Origin: an uncultured Verrucomicrobiae bacterium
GTDB taxonomy: Bacteria > Verrucomicrobiota > Verrucomicrobiia > Chthoniobacterales > UBA10450
DNA: 64,000 bases
NCBI GenBank assembly: GCA_963815455.1
Contig: CAWFGO010000003.1
Span: 192,001-256,000 of the forward strand
Direction: 5' to 3'
Position numbers and translations under genes: made by a program. Below the pieces are notes generated by a model. It saw only the letters and a list, made by a program, of their open reading frames with translations. It made no database searches and had not been told where the DNA came from. Below, in pieces: positions 61,935 through 64,000 of this stretch; position 1 is the stretch's first letter, and each line of letters opens with the position of its first letter.

Positions 61935-63011
61935 CTAGTCGCCGAAAGAAATGTCCACATCTCGCGCGGTCTGGACCAGCTCGCCATTGGGCGGAACGAG
62001 GCGAAGGCGATTGACGGCATCGGCGATCGGTACGTGGCGGACTTGATAATTCTGGTAGCTGACCATCGAGCCGAAGTGGCCTTCGTTGGCCAGCTGGACG
62101 GCTTTGACCCCGAAACGCGTCGCCAGAATCCGATCCAGCACAGTCGGCGCGCCGCCCCGCTGCAAGTGGCCAAGCACGCAGCAGCGCGTCTCTTTGCCAG
62201 TGCGTTTCGCAATCTCGTGCGACACAATCTCGCCGATCCCGCCCAGTCGAAATTCGCCGCCTTCGACTTCGTGTTTCACTTGTTGACCATGCCGGGGCCG
62301 CGCTCCTTCGGCGACGACCATGACCGTCCCCAAATAGCCGGCCATATCGCGGGCTTTGATTACATCGGCAATTTTTTCGTAATCGAATGGGATTTCCGGA
62401 ATCAAAATAATATCGGCGCCGCCGGCGATGCCGCCGTGGAGCGCGATCCAACCCGCGTGCCGTCCCATTGCTTCGACGACCATCACGCGCTTATGACTGG
62501 TGGCCGTGGTGTGCAGCCGATCCAGCGCGTCCATGACAACATCGACAGCAGAGTCGAATCCGAACGTTGTCGCTGTAGCTTCGAGATCGTTGTCGATCGT
62601 TTTCGGGACCCCGATGCAATCGATCCCGGCTTCCTGCAATTGCTGGGCCGTCGCCATGGATCCGTCGCCGCCGACGATGATCAGCGCTTTGACCTTCAGA
62701 TCATGCAGAATCCTCTTCGCGCCCGCGATCACGTTCGCAGGTACAATCGTCCGATCCCCCGCGCCGACTTTGGCGACGAAGTGGCCGCGATTGGTCGTCC
62801 CGATGATCGTGCCGCCCAGGGCCATGATTCCGCTCGTGTTTTTGTGATCGAGAACCATGTGATCGCCCGGCGGGATGAGACCTTCAAACCCATCGCGAAA
62901 ACCGATCACTTCCCAACCGAGCTTTTCCGCGGCAAGGACGACGCCGCGCAACACCGCGTTGAGCCCCGGGCAATCGCCACCGCTGGTTAAAACACCAATC
63001 CGTGGCCTCAT
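61935..63011 (-). CDS. pfkA: 6-phosphofructokinase
   Basis: TSGGDCPGLNA, GGT..GT.NR, GGDGS, PKTIDND, MGRHAG, LGHLQRGG. Confidence 0.93.
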   Translation of the reverse strand: MRPRIGVLTSGGDCPGLNAVLRGVVLAAEKLGWEVIGFRDGFEGLIPPGDHMVLDHKNTSGIMALGGTIIGTTNRGHFVAKVGAGDRTIVPANVIAGAKRILHDLKVKALIIVGGDGSMATAQQLQEAGIDCIGVPKTIDNDLEATATTFGFDSAVDVVMDALDRLHTTATSHKRVMVVEAMGRHAGWIALHGGIAGGADIILIPEIPFDYEKIADVIKARDMAGYLGTVMVVAEGARPRHGQQVKHEVEGGEFRLGGIGEIVSHEIAKRTGKETRCCVLGHLQRGGAPTVLDRILATRFGVKAVQLANEGHFGSMVSYQNYQVRHVPIADAVNRLRLVPPNGELVQTARDVDISFGD

Positions 63012-63026
63012 ATTATTAAGAATGAT

Positions 63027-63977
63027 TCAGAGCAACTTGTTGGGATCGACCTGGCGACCGGCTGCGGCCCATTGATCGTAAAGCTGCCAACCGCGTTCAA
63101 CCAGCCCGGCGCCTTCGCCAAACCGATTCGGACTGCCCAGCAAGACCACAATGATTCGTCGCGGGAATACCGTTGCGCTATTCTCGCTGTGCTTGATTAC
63201 TTCCGATTCCTGGACCGAAGAGAGAATCAGGCAATCGCCAGCTCGAGCCGTCCGCCCGGTCTTAACGCCGTCGATCCCGCGGGTCCCGAGCAGCTCGTTG
63301 GTGTTGCGTAGAAGGTAATTCACTTTGCGGCCGCCCCGTTGAAACGAGATTTGCCGCTCCTTCTGCGAAACATAAAAGCGGAAGCTCGCCTTGCTCATCG
63401 CATAACGGGCCAGCCGCGCCATGTCTTCTGCGGTCGTGTAAGGCAGCGGCCGCACCTTGTCGTCGATGCCATGGGGATTGACAAAACGAGTGCGCTCCAT
63501 TTTCAATGTCTTGGCCAGCGCATTCATTTGACCAACAAAAATGTCCACCGGTGTCGCCTTCGCATCCTGCCCCGCTGGGGCCGGAATGGTCGATCCCACG
63601 TAGCTGGCCAGCGTGTAGGCGGCGATGTTATCCGATTGAACGAGCGCGGCATAAATCAAATCGCGCAGCTCGATGGCATCGCCCGGCTGAAACCCAATAT
63701 TGTTCTCGCCAGTGCCGACAAATGCTGACGAGGGAATCGTCACGGCCTGGCTGAGATTTGCGCCCTTCCGTTCCGCCCAATCCAGGATCACCATCGCGGT
63801 GGCGACCTTGGTCAGGCTGCCAACCTGGCGCTTTTGCCGCGGCTCCTGGGATTGCAAGATCGAGCCCGTCTGTGCATCGACAATAATGAACGCCTGGGCG
63901 CCAGCAGCCGAGCGAAGGCTGCCCGCGAGAGCCAGAACCGAAGTTAAAAGGATAAGAGAGTGGCGTGAAATCCTCAC
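63027..63977 (-). CDS. D-alanyl-D-alanine carboxypeptidase (peptidase S11)
   Basis: SLTK (SxxK), SDN (SxN), F.NPHG, KTG. Confidence 0.88.
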   Translation of the reverse strand: MRISRHSLILLTSVLALAGSLRSAAGAQAFIIVDAQTGSILQSQEPRQKRQVGSLTKVATAMVILDWAERKGANLSQAVTIPSSAFVGTGENNIGFQPGDAIELRDLIYAALVQSDNIAAYTLASYVGSTIPAPAGQDAKATPVDIFVGQMNALAKTLKMERTRFVNPHGIDDKVRPLPYTTAEDMARLARYAMSKASFRFYVSQKERQISFQRGGRKVNYLLRNTNELLGTRGIDGVKTGRTARAGDCLILSSVQESEVIKHSENSATVFPRRIIVVLLGSPNRFGEGAGLVERGWQLYDQWAAAGRQVDPNKLL

Positions 63978-64000
63978 GGAGGCGCACCTTAATCAGTGCG

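Noticed and set aside
62034..62990. Long antisense ORFs (also 5950-6804, 40184-40762, 49012-49827, 50885-51871, 53104-53901)
   Set aside because: Shadows of well-supported genes on the opposite strand in GC-rich DNA; no recognisable motifs

Overview
A 64 kb chromosomal segment of a GC-rich soil-type bacterium. The VPDSG/PEP-CTERM proteins, the TIR-TolB-like-TPR protein and the Rhs style suggest Verrucomicrobiota (Chthoniobacterales-like); this is inference. Many conserved genes are split by single-base indels (hflK/C, gdhA, murJ, holB, treZ, hppD and others), which is best explained by long-read assembly error. Content is mostly housekeeping and metabolic. Highlights: (1) a Phe/Tyr catabolic cluster (phhA, hppD, hmgA) enclosing an apparent de novo tetrahydrobiopterin cassette of folE, a three-domain 6-pyruvoyl-tetrahydropterin synthase whose catalytic residues appear split between domains, and a sepiapterin-reductase-like SDR; (2) a dense, layered set of small palindromic repeats: a RAYT transposase with flanking REP doublets, 12 copies of a GTCAT..GAG/CTC..ATGAC element including a 4-unit tandem array, 18-32 bp units nested at equivalent sites inside other repeats, and repeat-derived in-frame inserts in an EVE gene, an ECF sigma factor and an Rhs gene; (3) an Rhs toxin/immunity module truncated by an IS3 element and bracketed by inverted nonamer arrays; (4) probable integron-cassette relics and a collapsed MazEF remnant. 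No rRNA, tRNA or CRISPR array was recognised.
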